Shown piece by piece: positions 37,401-46,184 of a DNA stretch of 64,000 nucleotides (the stretch's first letter is position 1; each line of letters begins with the position of its first letter). The position numbers were made by a program, and so were the translations under genes. Source of the stretch: a virus. Location of the stretch: IMG/VR virus record IMGVR_UViG_3300017963_000003, positions 32,001-96,000 of that record; one strand, written 5' to 3'. Under the pieces are notes generated by a model. That model was given only the letters and a program-made list of their open reading frames with translations. It was not told where the DNA came from and did not search any database.

Positions 37401-38789
37401 CTGGTAGGGGTCAAAGCCCTCCAAAAAACGGACCTTCCCCGTCTGCGTCTTCTTGGGGGCATCCGCAGGCATTTCCTGGTAGCGGTAACCTCCGGGATGC
37501 GTACCATGACCGGGGGAGAAGTTCCCTCCCGTGATGACTTCTCCACAACCGCATGAACACGTCCGTGGCCCTCCCCACACAGGCCACTTGTGATTCGGGG
37601 TACACCGAATAGAAGGAGACCCCACCACATCGATCTCAACAAGCTGATCAGTACCTTCACGCTCCAGAGCAAGCACGCTACAAGGAGCGCCGTCCTTGTC
37701 GAGCAACTCGTCCCCGATGTCCAAGTCTCCGATGGGGCGCTGAGAACCGTCCCCGAGGGTAACAAGCGTCTCGGGGACGAAACACTGAGGATCGACCTCG
37801 GCCCTATTGAGCATCTCCAAGAGCTTCGACTCCGCCCCTGGAGCGGGAATCCACCCCGTGGCGGGATCACCGAGCTTGAGCACCTTGACCGGCGCCGCAT
37901 GACGCCGATACGTGGCGATGGTCGAGTTGTACACCGCGTCCTCGACCATGAAGATCCGCCACATCCTGCTCGCCAAAGAAGTCCCCCGTACCTGGTAGGG
38001 ATGAAGCTTCCTGGCGATGAACGTGGTGTTCAACGGAGACAGACGGATCTTCTGCCGTGCCATGATCTTGGACACGAACTCCGCCGGCAACCTCGACCGG
38101 AACTCCCTGGCCTCGGGAGATCCGTCCGCGAGCATGCGCCGAAGCTCCTCGTCAGGCACGAAGTTGATGATCGGGTCCATGTTGACCACCGGAGCATCGA
38201 CAACGTCGATGTAGTCCGGGTTGTGCATGGCGATGTAGGTCCAGATACCGAGGCTGTCATCAAAGAAGCAGTGAGGGATCGCCTCCCCCATGACCAAGTA
38301 CTCTTTGATTATATATCGTAACCGATCCATGAGATGCGAGACCTGGCACATGTACTCCAGCGTGTCCCGGATCTCTCGGCTCTTCTCGTCCCCGACAGAA
38401 ATGTCAAAATCGCTGACCAGCATCTCGGCATACATGTCCACGGCAGTCCCGAAGATGGGGTCCGTTTCGTGAAACAGTCGCCAGGCTCTGTTGGCCTCCT
38501 GACGAGTCTTCGGGTACTGGACTCGGTCAGGAGATTCGACTCCAGGCATGTAGGGGCGCTGCATGTGGTACATGGCGCTCCCACCACCCCCGGACGGGTA
38601 CGGAGATACCCCCATCGGCATGTTGCCACCGAAGAAGCCTGCGGCCTCCCGACGGCCCGCAGAGGGGGCCAGCGTGGCGTTCTTGGGTAGAACGCTCGCC
38701 GCTAGCTCCCTGCGACCGTAAGAGGGGTCTGAAGAGACGATGCGGGGCTTGAAGACTTCCCCACGACGGGTCGGAACGAAATTAGCCAT
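34395..38789 (-). CDS. Portal protein with two inteins (1464 aa precursor, about 611 aa spliced)
   Basis: Exteins show portal motifs (DPIFGTAVDMY, YLVMGEA, RGTSLASR, VKVLKLG) and a Pro/Gly-rich tail; two Hint plus LAGLIDADG insertions. Confidence 0.9.
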   Translation of the reverse strand: MANFVPTRRGEVFKPRIVSSDPSYGRRELAASVLPKNATLAPSAGRREAAGFFGGNMPMGVSPYPSGGGGSAMYHMQRPYMPGVESPDRVQYPKTRQEANRAWRLFHETDPIFGTAVDMYAEMLVSDFDISVGDEKSREIRDTLEYMCQVSHLMDRLRYIIKEYLVMGEAIPHCFFDDSLGIWTYIAMHNPDYIDVVDAPVVNMDPIINFVPDEELRRMLADGSPEAREFRSRLPAEFVSKIMARQKIRLSPLNTTFIARKLHPYQVRGTSLASRMWRIFMVEDAVYNSTIATYRRHAAPVKVLKLGDPATGWIPAPGAESKLLEMLNRAEVDPQCFVPETLVTLGDGSQRPIGDLDIGDELLDKDGAPCSVLALEREGTDQLVEIDVVGSPSIRCTPNHKWPVWGGPRTCSCGCGEVITGGNFSPGHGTHPGGYRYQEMPADAPKKTQTGKVRFLEGFDPYQKLLSTQLRPGDYLMIPRRFEENRPENVTREKARLLGYYVAEGNTVGVYEREDGSVRKGFELSFGADEKDTLVRDACSIVEALCDYRPEVFYGDRSNCQVRARRNASIDLAEWLELHGGSGARTKRLSGEVMSWPLDLKYEFLKGYIGGDGSSIWKKPGSSGRYVEVSSSSRNLINQVKLILAQWGTYGNFSEREQSEETFGPGNAQYRLHVYGQAAADLSRDIWGFELQDVEGRTPRQWWTDNDYLYVKVRGVKVVECEEPQTVVNMTVSGDHSYLTDCIGTRNSWLIYHYGINFEAWGTNDRAVTINKEHDVIEKVKLLALGLSKSFMTGEVTYACSVDGTSVRLSDGSYSEIQDIQRGDVVVDRFGHPRGVTDVLKYPSPDEMVKLTLYGDRELTLTDNHKLPVFTRPHECLCGCGEDLGDAKATSGGRRKWRSFSPQHHKLSMRGGRDREWVDYMHGDRVIASFPAEHEPFQRLRADEVRVGDWLMIPRGFEECGVEATPGNLARARLLGYYTAEGSTDFTASDSGNKVTRFSFGRVDCAKESFYVADVAEILESLGHLCTIQRNLKHPESEAPSYTVYVPTAATGMSNYLESRAGKGSDSKNFSSEVMGWGLELKRELLKGMYRGDGYLFKQGNRLDVVYTTTSTQLMRQLEVILTQLGYSCYVHTSPEREDEKGYVHKECHYITCAGKQARSLAELIWSDVPDVWAGIDREGFDRDDCQGERHEVFVDDEFVYLPVKSVEVVRVDQEAHPYVYSLTVEETSSYTLDNIASFNSAKSGLQVFLRRLLSLRQFLENMWLYPKYFRPISEINEWTTSSPSEVNHKYRIKRTAQEIQEQNLVLMPTVKWKNKLDPSVDQDLLNAYKMLEQGFGIKLSKSTVTSAVGVDWQDELDKSLREFKSAEEMKKQTLGKADLQKYEQQGGPQGAQPPGTPGAGAKPPAAAGKPPGGAAPAGGAGGGLLAPGGMNDASQPPGSAEGGGVLQETIESPSGGGLPTGVG
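35070..36392 (-). mobile_element. Intein 2 with LAGLIDADG endonuclease (441 aa)
   Basis: Starts CSVDGT, block B LTDNH, LLGYYTAEG and KGMYRGDG, ends VYSLTVEETSSYTLDNIASFN followed by Ser. Confidence 0.9.
36549..37784 (-). mobile_element. Intein 1 with LAGLIDADG endonuclease (412 aa)
   Basis: Starts CFVPET, block B CTPNH, LLGYYVAEG and KGYIGGDG, ends VVNMTVSGDHSYLTDCIGTRN followed by Ser. Confidence 0.9.
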
Positions 38790-39138
38790 TTTCCTTCACG
38801 TAGCTCTCTCCCTGCGGAGGTACGACCACGAGGCGCTCCACGTCGACTTGGTTGTCAGGCGACAGGTTCAGCTCCCGCAGGATCTGCTGCTGGACCTTCA
38901 CCGAGTCGTCCCTCGCGCTCATGACGTTGGTCTGCGCCGTACGCATGGCATCCTGGGCCGAGCGGAACCGAGTCTCGGCCTCAGTGATGGTCATGTACGC
39001 CAACCGAACCTCCGCACGATGGGCGCGGTTGAGCTTCACGACGGCCCTACGAGGAGAGACCGGCTCCTCAGTGGTGGGATTCTCGTCGTTGGGCTTGTCT
39101 TCGACAGGGGTGAGGTCGGGCTTCTTCTTGTCAGACAT
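38782..39138 (-). CDS. Coiled-coil hypothetical protein upstream of portal
   Basis: 118 aa, AAGGAG SD, overlaps the portal start. Confidence 0.7.
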   Translation of the reverse strand: MSDKKKPDLTPVEDKPNDENPTTEEPVSPRRAVVKLNRAHRAEVRLAYMTITEAETRFRSAQDAMRTAQTNVMSARDDSVKVQQQILRELNLSPDNQVDVERLVVVPPQGESYVKENG

Positions 39139-39170
39139 GGCGTTCTCCTTGGGTAAAGTGTTCTACTCCC

Positions 39171-39183
39171 TAATATACAAGAA
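39171..39183 (-). promoter_or_regulatory. Class B motif TTCTTGTATATTA upstream of the portal operon
   Basis: Same 13-mer at 55238-55250; variants at 47987, 52137 and 53005. Confidence 0.6.
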
Positions 39184-39204
39184 CACCTTCCCGATCTACC
39201 CCTA

Positions 39205-41745
39205 TCATGACTGAGTGGCGTTGTTGGCTACCACCGAAGAAGTACCCCACTGGGAAGACGTGGCGGTCTCGGACATACCGTCATTCGATCCCGAGTCTTG
39301 GTACATGGAGTTCCCGACTACCGACCACAGTTCGGGCTTACCATTTGTTCCCGTCTCAGCCGTTAGGCCGTGGCAGTACCTCTTGTCGTCACCATCGAAG
39401 AAATTGCCGTTGGCGCTCCCCCCGATAGCGTAGGTCGCCGGGTCGGCACCACTCTCAAGGAGGTAGATGCCGTGTCCGTCAGAAGTCGCGGTTCCGTGGA
39501 TACCGGTGAAGCGGTTGCTGTTGACAACGGTACCCTTGAGTTCATCGCTGTTCGCGTCGATGTAGTACACGAGTACGCCAACGCGAGAAGTGTTGTACAG
39601 AGCGAACTCGTTCCCCACAATCCCACAACGAGGTGCGTAGACTTCGACCAAGCCCTCTGTAGGCGTCCCCGTGGTCTCGAAACCGATCCTACGGCCATGT
39701 AGGTAGTTTCCATTGATGGTCACGTCGGGCTGACCCACGTAGACGAGCGGAGCGGTGTTCACCCCTGAGTTCGAGACCCTTTCGAGATGGTTCCCCTCTA
39801 TGAGGTGACGCCCACAGTCGAGCCCTGAGTCGGACTCGATGTAGACGCAACAGCCATCGTCCACGTCCCCTCCGGTATCGGCTCTCAGGTAGTTACCCGT
39901 GATCAACCAACGGTAGGAGTCCTGCGGGATGAAAATACCTGCACCCGCCGAGCTGTTGTTCGTCGGGTAGCTGTCGACTTGGTTGTTGAGGATGTCGATG
40001 TTCGAGCACCGGCCCACCGTGTGGTCCCCTCGAACGAACCAGTTGGCCGAGCACTGGATGCCCTTGTTGTTCGCTATGGTGAGGTCTTCGACGTCGTCCA
40101 AGAAGAGCAGACAGCAATCCGTAGCAGCAGGATTCACCCGAAGATTGGCAGCAAACGTGCAGTTCGACACCATGCTCCCTTGCGCCCCTGACGAGAACTT
40201 GATGGCGTAGGGAGGAGAAGAAGTGGTGCTGTCCCACGCAGACGAAGCAAACCGAACGTTCTCGAAGATCACCTGATCAGTGACCTCCAAGTAGTTGTTG
40301 GCGTTGTTGGTGTCCAGGCTGATCGTTACCGTAGCTGTCGAACCGAAGCGGGTCGAACCCATGACCCTCGTGTTCCCTCGAACCTGAAGGACGCTAGTAT
40401 GGGTCAACGAGTAGGTGAATGACGGATCAAGGATGACCGTATAGTTGCTCGTCGAGTTCAAGTACGTCGCCAGTTCCGTACCGTCTCTGGGGAAGACGAT
40501 GCGTCTCTGAATCTTGAGAGTCCCTGCGTGGTCCCCGCTCAGAATCGTATTGGAGTTCCGAACAACAGAAAAATCTCCAGTAGAGTCCCCGCTATCATAG
40601 GTCAGCGTGAGGTCGTCGTTTGCATCAACAGAAAAATCATCTCCGGAAGTGAGAGTGATGCTACCCGCACCTGCCGTGGTCTGGTTCAGGTCTTGACCAC
40701 TGACAGGTGTGATGTCCACCTGCCCTGCTGTGGTGATCGCGAAGATATTACCGCTCGCCCGCTGCAAGGAAAACGAACCGGAACTGCCCCCGTAGTTCCA
40801 CGTCGTAGAACCCCCCAGCGTAACGAGCGCAAAAGCATCGCTACCAGAGATCTTAAAAGCTCCTCCACCCACTCCGATTTGAATATCGCAATCACCACCC
40901 CCAGAAGGATTAAGAATAAGATCTTGGCCCGAGACAGGGTACGCAGCTACCGACCCCGTAGAGCTGCAAGTGAGAACACCCGTACCGTTCCTACTAACCG
41001 TGAATTCCTCGGTACCAGTATCATTAGCCCGATAGTCTAGTAGAATGGAACCCCCCGCATCCAGTTCCACATTTGCAACAGAAGAGGCATCGGTTCCCGC
41101 GTGTAGCTTAACTAGACCGTCTACGGTGCGAAGTAGTATGGTACCGGTGCCTGAAGTATCCAAACCGATCCAGCCATCGACGTCGACATCGAAATTGGCC
41201 CCGGCATCGATATCCACTGTACCACTCGCAGACGCCAACAAGATGGTGCCGGAACCCGAGTTGAAGTTCATGGCACCGCCGTTCGAGACGGTCACGTCGA
41301 AGTCTTGGCTGAGCGGAAGGTCGAAAGTGACGCCACCGCTCTGGTTGAAGGTCAAGAGGGTCACGTTGTTGCGCTTCACCAGAAGCTCACCCGCGCCCTC
41401 GGTATTGTTGTAACTGAAAGAAGTGGTCAGGCCCGAACCAACATCGATACCGGCTGAAGTACCGAGCTTGATCGAATCAGCGCCTGTCCCCTCTGAGAAG
41501 ATTTCGACCTTCTGAGCACCGCCGCCCGCAACCCCAAGCTCAAGGTTCGAACCGGAGTTGTCGACGAGGAACTTGGAAGTAGCGACCCCCGTTAGCTCGA
41601 CCGCGCCTCCTGAACCGAGATCGACGGAAGCAGAACCTCGTACCAAACCGCCGAGGAGCGCACGATCCGACTCAGCGAGACGGACCCGTGTCAACTCCCC
41701 GGCAGAAGGACTAGAAATCGAACCGTAGAGGTACCTGTCAGCCAT
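39205..41745 (-). CDS. Fibre/tailspike-like protein with C-terminal right-handed beta-helix
   Basis: Gly/Ser/Thr-rich shaft followed by I..N.. parallel beta-helix repeats of pectate-lyase type. Confidence 0.75.
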   Translation of the reverse strand: MADRYLYGSISSPSAGELTRVRLAESDRALLGGLVRGSASVDLGSGGAVELTGVATSKFLVDNSGSNLELGVAGGGAQKVEIFSEGTGADSIKLGTSAGIDVGSGLTTSFSYNNTEGAGELLVKRNNVTLLTFNQSGGVTFDLPLSQDFDVTVSNGGAMNFNSGSGTILLASASGTVDIDAGANFDVDVDGWIGLDTSGTGTILLRTVDGLVKLHAGTDASSVANVELDAGGSILLDYRANDTGTEEFTVSRNGTGVLTCSSTGSVAAYPVSGQDLILNPSGGGDCDIQIGVGGGAFKISGSDAFALVTLGGSTTWNYGGSSGSFSLQRASGNIFAITTAGQVDITPVSGQDLNQTTAGAGSITLTSGDDFSVDANDDLTLTYDSGDSTGDFSVVRNSNTILSGDHAGTLKIQRRIVFPRDGTELATYLNSTSNYTVILDPSFTYSLTHTSVLQVRGNTRVMGSTRFGSTATVTISLDTNNANNYLEVTDQVIFENVRFASSAWDSTTSSPPYAIKFSSGAQGSMVSNCTFAANLRVNPAATDCCLLFLDDVEDLTIANNKGIQCSANWFVRGDHTVGRCSNIDILNNQVDSYPTNNSSAGAGIFIPQDSYRWLITGNYLRADTGGDVDDGCCVYIESDSGLDCGRHLIEGNHLERVSNSGVNTAPLVYVGQPDVTINGNYLHGRRIGFETTGTPTEGLVEVYAPRCGIVGNEFALYNTSRVGVLVYYIDANSDELKGTVVNSNRFTGIHGTATSDGHGIYLLESGADPATYAIGGSANGNFFDGDDKRYCHGLTAETGTNGKPELWSVVGNSMYQDSGSNDGMSETATSSQWGTSSVVANNATQS

Positions 41746-41768
41746 GAAAGCTCCTCAGAGCTTCTGGC

Positions 41769-44700
41769 CTAGACGAGGGTCGGCTCGCCAATGGCCAGAA
41801 CGATCTCGTGCGAAGTGGTAGCACCGGAATCACCGGTCGCCCAACCCAACCTCTGAACCACATCCCCCGACGTACTCGGAGCGGTCGTGGTGGCACACCC
41901 GGCGTTGGTGTCCAGGTACACCGCATCACCCGCCGACCACGTCTCCGAAGCGTTCGAAGTAACGTCGACCACACCCGTGGTGGCGATCTCAGCATCGTCA
42001 CCGCTGGCCGTGGTGGCCCCGGTCACGCAAACACCACAGAGACCGTACTTCTTGTTCGCATCGTTGGCGTCCGCAACCGAAATGATTCCATTCGTCCCCG
42101 AGTTGTACGCCGTGACAGGCTGACCTGCCGTCAGGTCCTCGTCCGGCTGCGCGTACCAAGAGGTGTACTCGTCGGTAGCGCCACCCTTCAGCTCGTTGAG
42201 AGCGCCAACGATAGAGGTCGCAGTAAAGGCAGCATCCAGCCCGGTCGTTCCCGACTCAGAAATCGGGATGGCAGCAGAGAGGTGCTGATCGTTGAGAGTG
42301 AGTTCTCCCGCAGAAGCCAACAGCAGCGTCCCGCTAGTCAGCGTACCCAGCGTGAGGTTGGCCGACGTCGTCTGGAAGGAAGAAGCCGAACCACCTGCGA
42401 TGGCTACGCTTGTGCCGCTGCCAGCGTGGCCGATGCTAACCGCAGCGTCGTAACCAGACGGCTGGATGTTGAGCGCACCCGATCCGGTAGATCCTGGGCG
42501 CGCGGCAATGTTTACCGTGGCATTTCTTGTTGAGACAACGCTAGCATCGGCAATGAGATTGACCGAAGCGTTCCCCGCAGTAGCACCTGCCCGGTTATGC
42601 GCGATCAGGTCCAACTGCGGCGAGTAGGTCGCATCGTTGCTTGAGGCAATCGTCATGATCGGACCATCTGTGGCACTGGCAACAAGGCGAATGTTGGAGT
42701 AGGTTCCCCCCAGCCGAATCGCGTCACCGCTAATGTCGCCACAGATGACCTTCAGAGAACCGCTACCCCCAGAAGTCGGCCCTGTAACTGTGAAAGCCCC
42801 GCTCGATAGGTCCATTGTGGCGCTGTCAACATTCACATCGAGAGTCACTGAATGCGCGGCATCGCCAATCTTAACCTCACCGTCCTGCACGTCCTGGATT
42901 CGCACCTGTGCGTCACCTGTACCGCCGCTATGGGCGTACATCAGGATCTCGGCATTGTTGTTCGTTCCGTTGCTACCGTTGGAAACCAGCGTCAAACGAG
43001 GAGTGATACTTGTAGTACCAACAGTAACCGCACCGACCTGCATGTTCGGCACGTAGCTGCTATCCGTTCCGTAGTTCGCGACGATGAAATCTGTGGCATC
43101 AGCGTCCGCAACCGAAGAAACCCGGCGAGACGTACCAGACAGGTAGACCGAGGCACCGTTGTTCGTGTTGTTGTCTACAACCAACCCATGCTTATCGTTG
43201 GTATCATCGTTCTGGGTCAGGGTGAGGACGTCCACATTCTGTGTATCCGCCACAGAGAACGCAATCGCTCCATTGGCCGAAGTCGCCGCGATGGTGTTGT
43301 CGTCCTCGTAGGCGTCCTGAAGACCGACAGCCCCCGCACTTGCGTATGCCTGGTTGACCGCATTGATGAGGCTGACCTCACCGAAGTTCGTCTCGAAGGT
43401 GTCCCACTCACCGCTCGTGTCGGTGAACTTCATTGCGGTGCTGTAGGTGCTGCCGCTTCGATTTCCGTCATCCAGCGTGATCTCGCCAGCAGCGCCAACA
43501 GTAATGTCGCCGCTGGTAGCCGTGGACAGCCCAAGCGTACCGCCAGTCACTGAGATGTTGGAAGCTGTTCCGTTACCGACGATATTGAACTCGACGTTGG
43601 CGTTCGAGGCGTTACCGATATTGATGATACCGGCGTCGGTAGCCTGGATATTGACCTCTGCATCACCAGTACCGTCCACCTGGGCGTAGATGTTGACCTG
43701 TGCGTCCGCTGCCGCATCAGAAGATGCCTGGGAATCCGCACCGATATTGATGGTCGCATCGTTAGCAGAACCCGTGAGAACACGACTGAGCAGATTCAAC
43801 CGAGGAGCCACTGTGGTGGTGCCGTAGGTGGCGACGATCATCACATCGTCTTCGGCATCAGCTACCGTCCCGATTGTACGCTGTGTGCCCGTGAGGCCGA
43901 TGGCGATACCCGCGTTGTCACTACAGTCGACGATCAAGGCCGCGCCATCATTACTCGTGGCGGGTCCGTTGATCTTGAGTGCGCTGTTCTTCAGCGTGAT
44001 TGTGCCCTCATCCAGATACGCCGTGAGTGTAGAGCCTGAACCGGCAACAAACGTGAGGTAGTACGCATCTCCAGTATCCCAATCGTTCTGCGCACCTCCA
44101 GAGAGGGTAGCCGTAACCGTAGTGGAAGTGTTCGCCGTGACCAATCCGCTGGAGCCATCCGTAGTATTGTACACCCTCAGCCCAACAAGTTCGTTAGTGT
44201 CCCAATCCTGTGCACTGTCGGTCAGCACGGACGCATCATCAGCGCCTGTGTGCGTACCGCTGTCGCGGAAGCCGATCTGAATGTCCTGCGCCGTCGAAGT
44301 GTCCGCGAGGTAAATGTCACCACCAGCGGACAAGCGCAGATCGCCACTTGTAACCGTACCGACACTCAAGTCTCCACCAGTGACCGAGATCCCGCTGTTG
44401 GCAGCAGCACCCTGAATGGAGAACTGCTTGGTCCCACTATTGTCACCGATGCGAACGGTACCGTCATTGTCCTTCTGGATCTCGACCGCAGCGTAGGCGG
44501 CAGCAGAGGCATCCGCGAATACTTTTGTGGTGGCGGTCTCTCCAGAGTTGTCGTTCTTCGACTCCACCTCCATCAGAGCAGCACCAGAGGTTGCACTACC
44601 GAGAACGCGCGCCGTGATCTTGTTGTCTGCGCCCTGTGTACCGGAAGCAGCAAACGACCCAACGACCAGTTCGCTGTTGCTAGCGTCGGCAATCGTTCCG

Positions 44701-45809
44701 ATACGACGATTCGACCCTTCGAGAGTCAGCGCGAGCGATGTAGCCTGCGATGCGCTGTTGTCGATCAGCACCGCATGATTGGTCCCGCCATCCTGCGTGA
44801 TCGTGAACGGACCAGCCGTCATGTTCATAGCTGCATCATCGCAATCGAAGTCGAAGGAACCGCCGCTTGCGTTGAGCGCGATGCCTCCAGAACCAGACTG
44901 AATCGTCGTCGTCGTCGTCGTGTTGGTCGAGCCGATGGTCAGAGTGTTCGCCACTGCGCCAGTACCGATGTTGATCGTCTGCGCGACGGCATTAGCTCCA
45001 ATGTTGATAGTCGAAGCGGTCGACTCGATGTCGACGGTCGGGGCCGTCATGGTGATGGTCCCTGCCGCCGTGACCGTCATGTCCTCCAGCACCGCATTCA
45101 CGCTCAACTGATCGGCTGCCGGCGTCTCGTAATCCCAATAGTCACTTTCGAGAGCGTTGTTCGTGGTAATACGATGCTTCGCCGCTGTATTCTCAGTCAG
45201 CTCGAACTGAAGGTCGCCCGTCCCAGCCGCGACAAGGATGTCCTGCCCTTGGGTATACGCCTGCTGGAGACTGTTACCCGCAGATGTTCCAGCAGTCTGC
45301 CACGTGGCACCGTTGTACCACTGGAAAGCGCCCGCTCCGTTAACTCGGACAGCGCCCGTTGCCAAATTGGCAGGAGCATCGTCAGAGTCGGGAAGGATCA
45401 GAACAGACTCCGAATCGGCAGTACGGTCGAACAAGACACTCTTGTCCTGTGCGACATCCATGTCGACACGGAGATTGACATCAGTGTCACCACTCGCATC
45501 GGCAGTACCGATGTTGACGACGTCAACAGCCGTATCGTACGCACCGCCGAGGGTGATGGTATCGCCGTCTCCGTCACCGAACTGGACGGTACCGCTGTTC
45601 ACGGTCAGAGTACTGCTATCGAGCAGAGTCACCGTACCAGGAAACTGAACCTCCTGACCGGTACGACCGATGGTGATCGTGGTGGCGTTGGTGGTACCGA
45701 TGTTCAACGCCGCAGCAGACGAAGCATCCAGACTACGCGCGTTGAGGACGTCAGTGGCCTCGATGAAATTCCTTACTTGCCCTGAGGGCCTTACCAGCGG
45801 TAGAACCAT
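41769..45809 (-). CDS. Long repetitive fibre protein with C-terminal capsid-cement-like domain
   Basis: 1346 aa with about four internal repeats (LxGxxRxIxxVADA); ends DLTAGQPV...G.C....T.GVVDV...W.AGDAVYL...GDVVQRLG. Confidence 0.7.
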   Translation of the reverse strand: MVLPLVRPSGQVRNFIEATDVLNARSLDASSAAALNIGTTNATTITIGRTGQEVQFPGTVTLLDSSTLTVNSGTVQFGDGDGDTITLGGAYDTAVDVVNIGTADASGDTDVNLRVDMDVAQDKSVLFDRTADSESVLILPDSDDAPANLATGAVRVNGAGAFQWYNGATWQTAGTSAGNSLQQAYTQGQDILVAAGTGDLQFELTENTAAKHRITTNNALESDYWDYETPAADQLSVNAVLEDMTVTAAGTITMTAPTVDIESTASTINIGANAVAQTINIGTGAVANTLTIGSTNTTTTTTIQSGSGGIALNASGGSFDFDCDDAAMNMTAGPFTITQDGGTNHAVLIDNSASQATSLALTLEGSNRRIGTIADASNSELVVGSFAASGTQGADNKITARVLGSATSGAALMEVESKNDNSGETATTKVFADASAAAYAAVEIQKDNDGTVRIGDNSGTKQFSIQGAAANSGISVTGGDLSVGTVTSGDLRLSAGGDIYLADTSTAQDIQIGFRDSGTHTGADDASVLTDSAQDWDTNELVGLRVYNTTDGSSGLVTANTSTTVTATLSGGAQNDWDTGDAYYLTFVAGSGSTLTAYLDEGTITLKNSALKINGPATSNDGAALIVDCSDNAGIAIGLTGTQRTIGTVADAEDDVMIVATYGTTTVAPRLNLLSRVLTGSANDATINIGADSQASSDAAADAQVNIYAQVDGTGDAEVNIQATDAGIINIGNASNANVEFNIVGNGTASNISVTGGTLGLSTATSGDITVGAAGEITLDDGNRSGSTYSTAMKFTDTSGEWDTFETNFGEVSLINAVNQAYASAGAVGLQDAYEDDNTIAATSANGAIAFSVADTQNVDVLTLTQNDDTNDKHGLVVDNNTNNGASVYLSGTSRRVSSVADADATDFIVANYGTDSSYVPNMQVGAVTVGTTSITPRLTLVSNGSNGTNNNAEILMYAHSGGTGDAQVRIQDVQDGEVKIGDAAHSVTLDVNVDSATMDLSSGAFTVTGPTSGGSGSLKVICGDISGDAIRLGGTYSNIRLVASATDGPIMTIASSNDATYSPQLDLIAHNRAGATAGNASVNLIADASVVSTRNATVNIAARPGSTGSGALNIQPSGYDAAVSIGHAGSGTSVAIAGGSASSFQTTSANLTLGTLTSGTLLLASAGELTLNDQHLSAAIPISESGTTGLDAAFTATSIVGALNELKGGATDEYTSWYAQPDEDLTAGQPVTAYNSGTNGIISVADANDANKKYGLCGVCVTGATTASGDDAEIATTGVVDVTSNASETWSAGDAVYLDTNAGCATTTAPSTSGDVVQRLGWATGDSGATTSHEIVLAIGEPTLV

Positions 45810-45844
45810 TTGCTACTCCTCTCCTGGAATTCTTCTCCGGCCCA

Positions 45845-46174
45845 CTACAGCTCGATGTGATGGGTCAGATTGTTCGCCACGACCTCGAAAGGCCGAAGAT
45901 CTGCGTGATCTGCATGCTCGTAGAACTGGTTGGACGCTTCGGGCTCACCTTGCGCCCGAACCATCAGCTTCGGAACCCGTGGAGGGGCATACTGCTCCAG
46001 CTGAGCCTTCACCAGGTCGTCCTCCGTACGGACGATCTCCCCGGCGTGGATGTCGAGGTTCCGATAACCGGAACGGGTGAACACCTTGAGACGTAGCATC
46101 GGAGTACCGTTGTCGTCATGCAACAACATATCCGGCAACCCGTCGAAGCTGACCCTGAATTTCTTGACCGTCAT
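45845..46174 (-). CDS. Hypothetical protein
   Basis: 109 aa with GGGAGG SD. Confidence 0.65.
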   Translation of the reverse strand: MTVKKFRVSFDGLPDMLLHDDNGTPMLRLKVFTRSGYRNLDIHAGEIVRTEDDLVKAQLEQYAPPRVPKLMVRAQGEPEASNQFYEHADHADLRPFEVVANNLTHHIEL

Positions 46175-46184
46175 TCGCGCCTCC

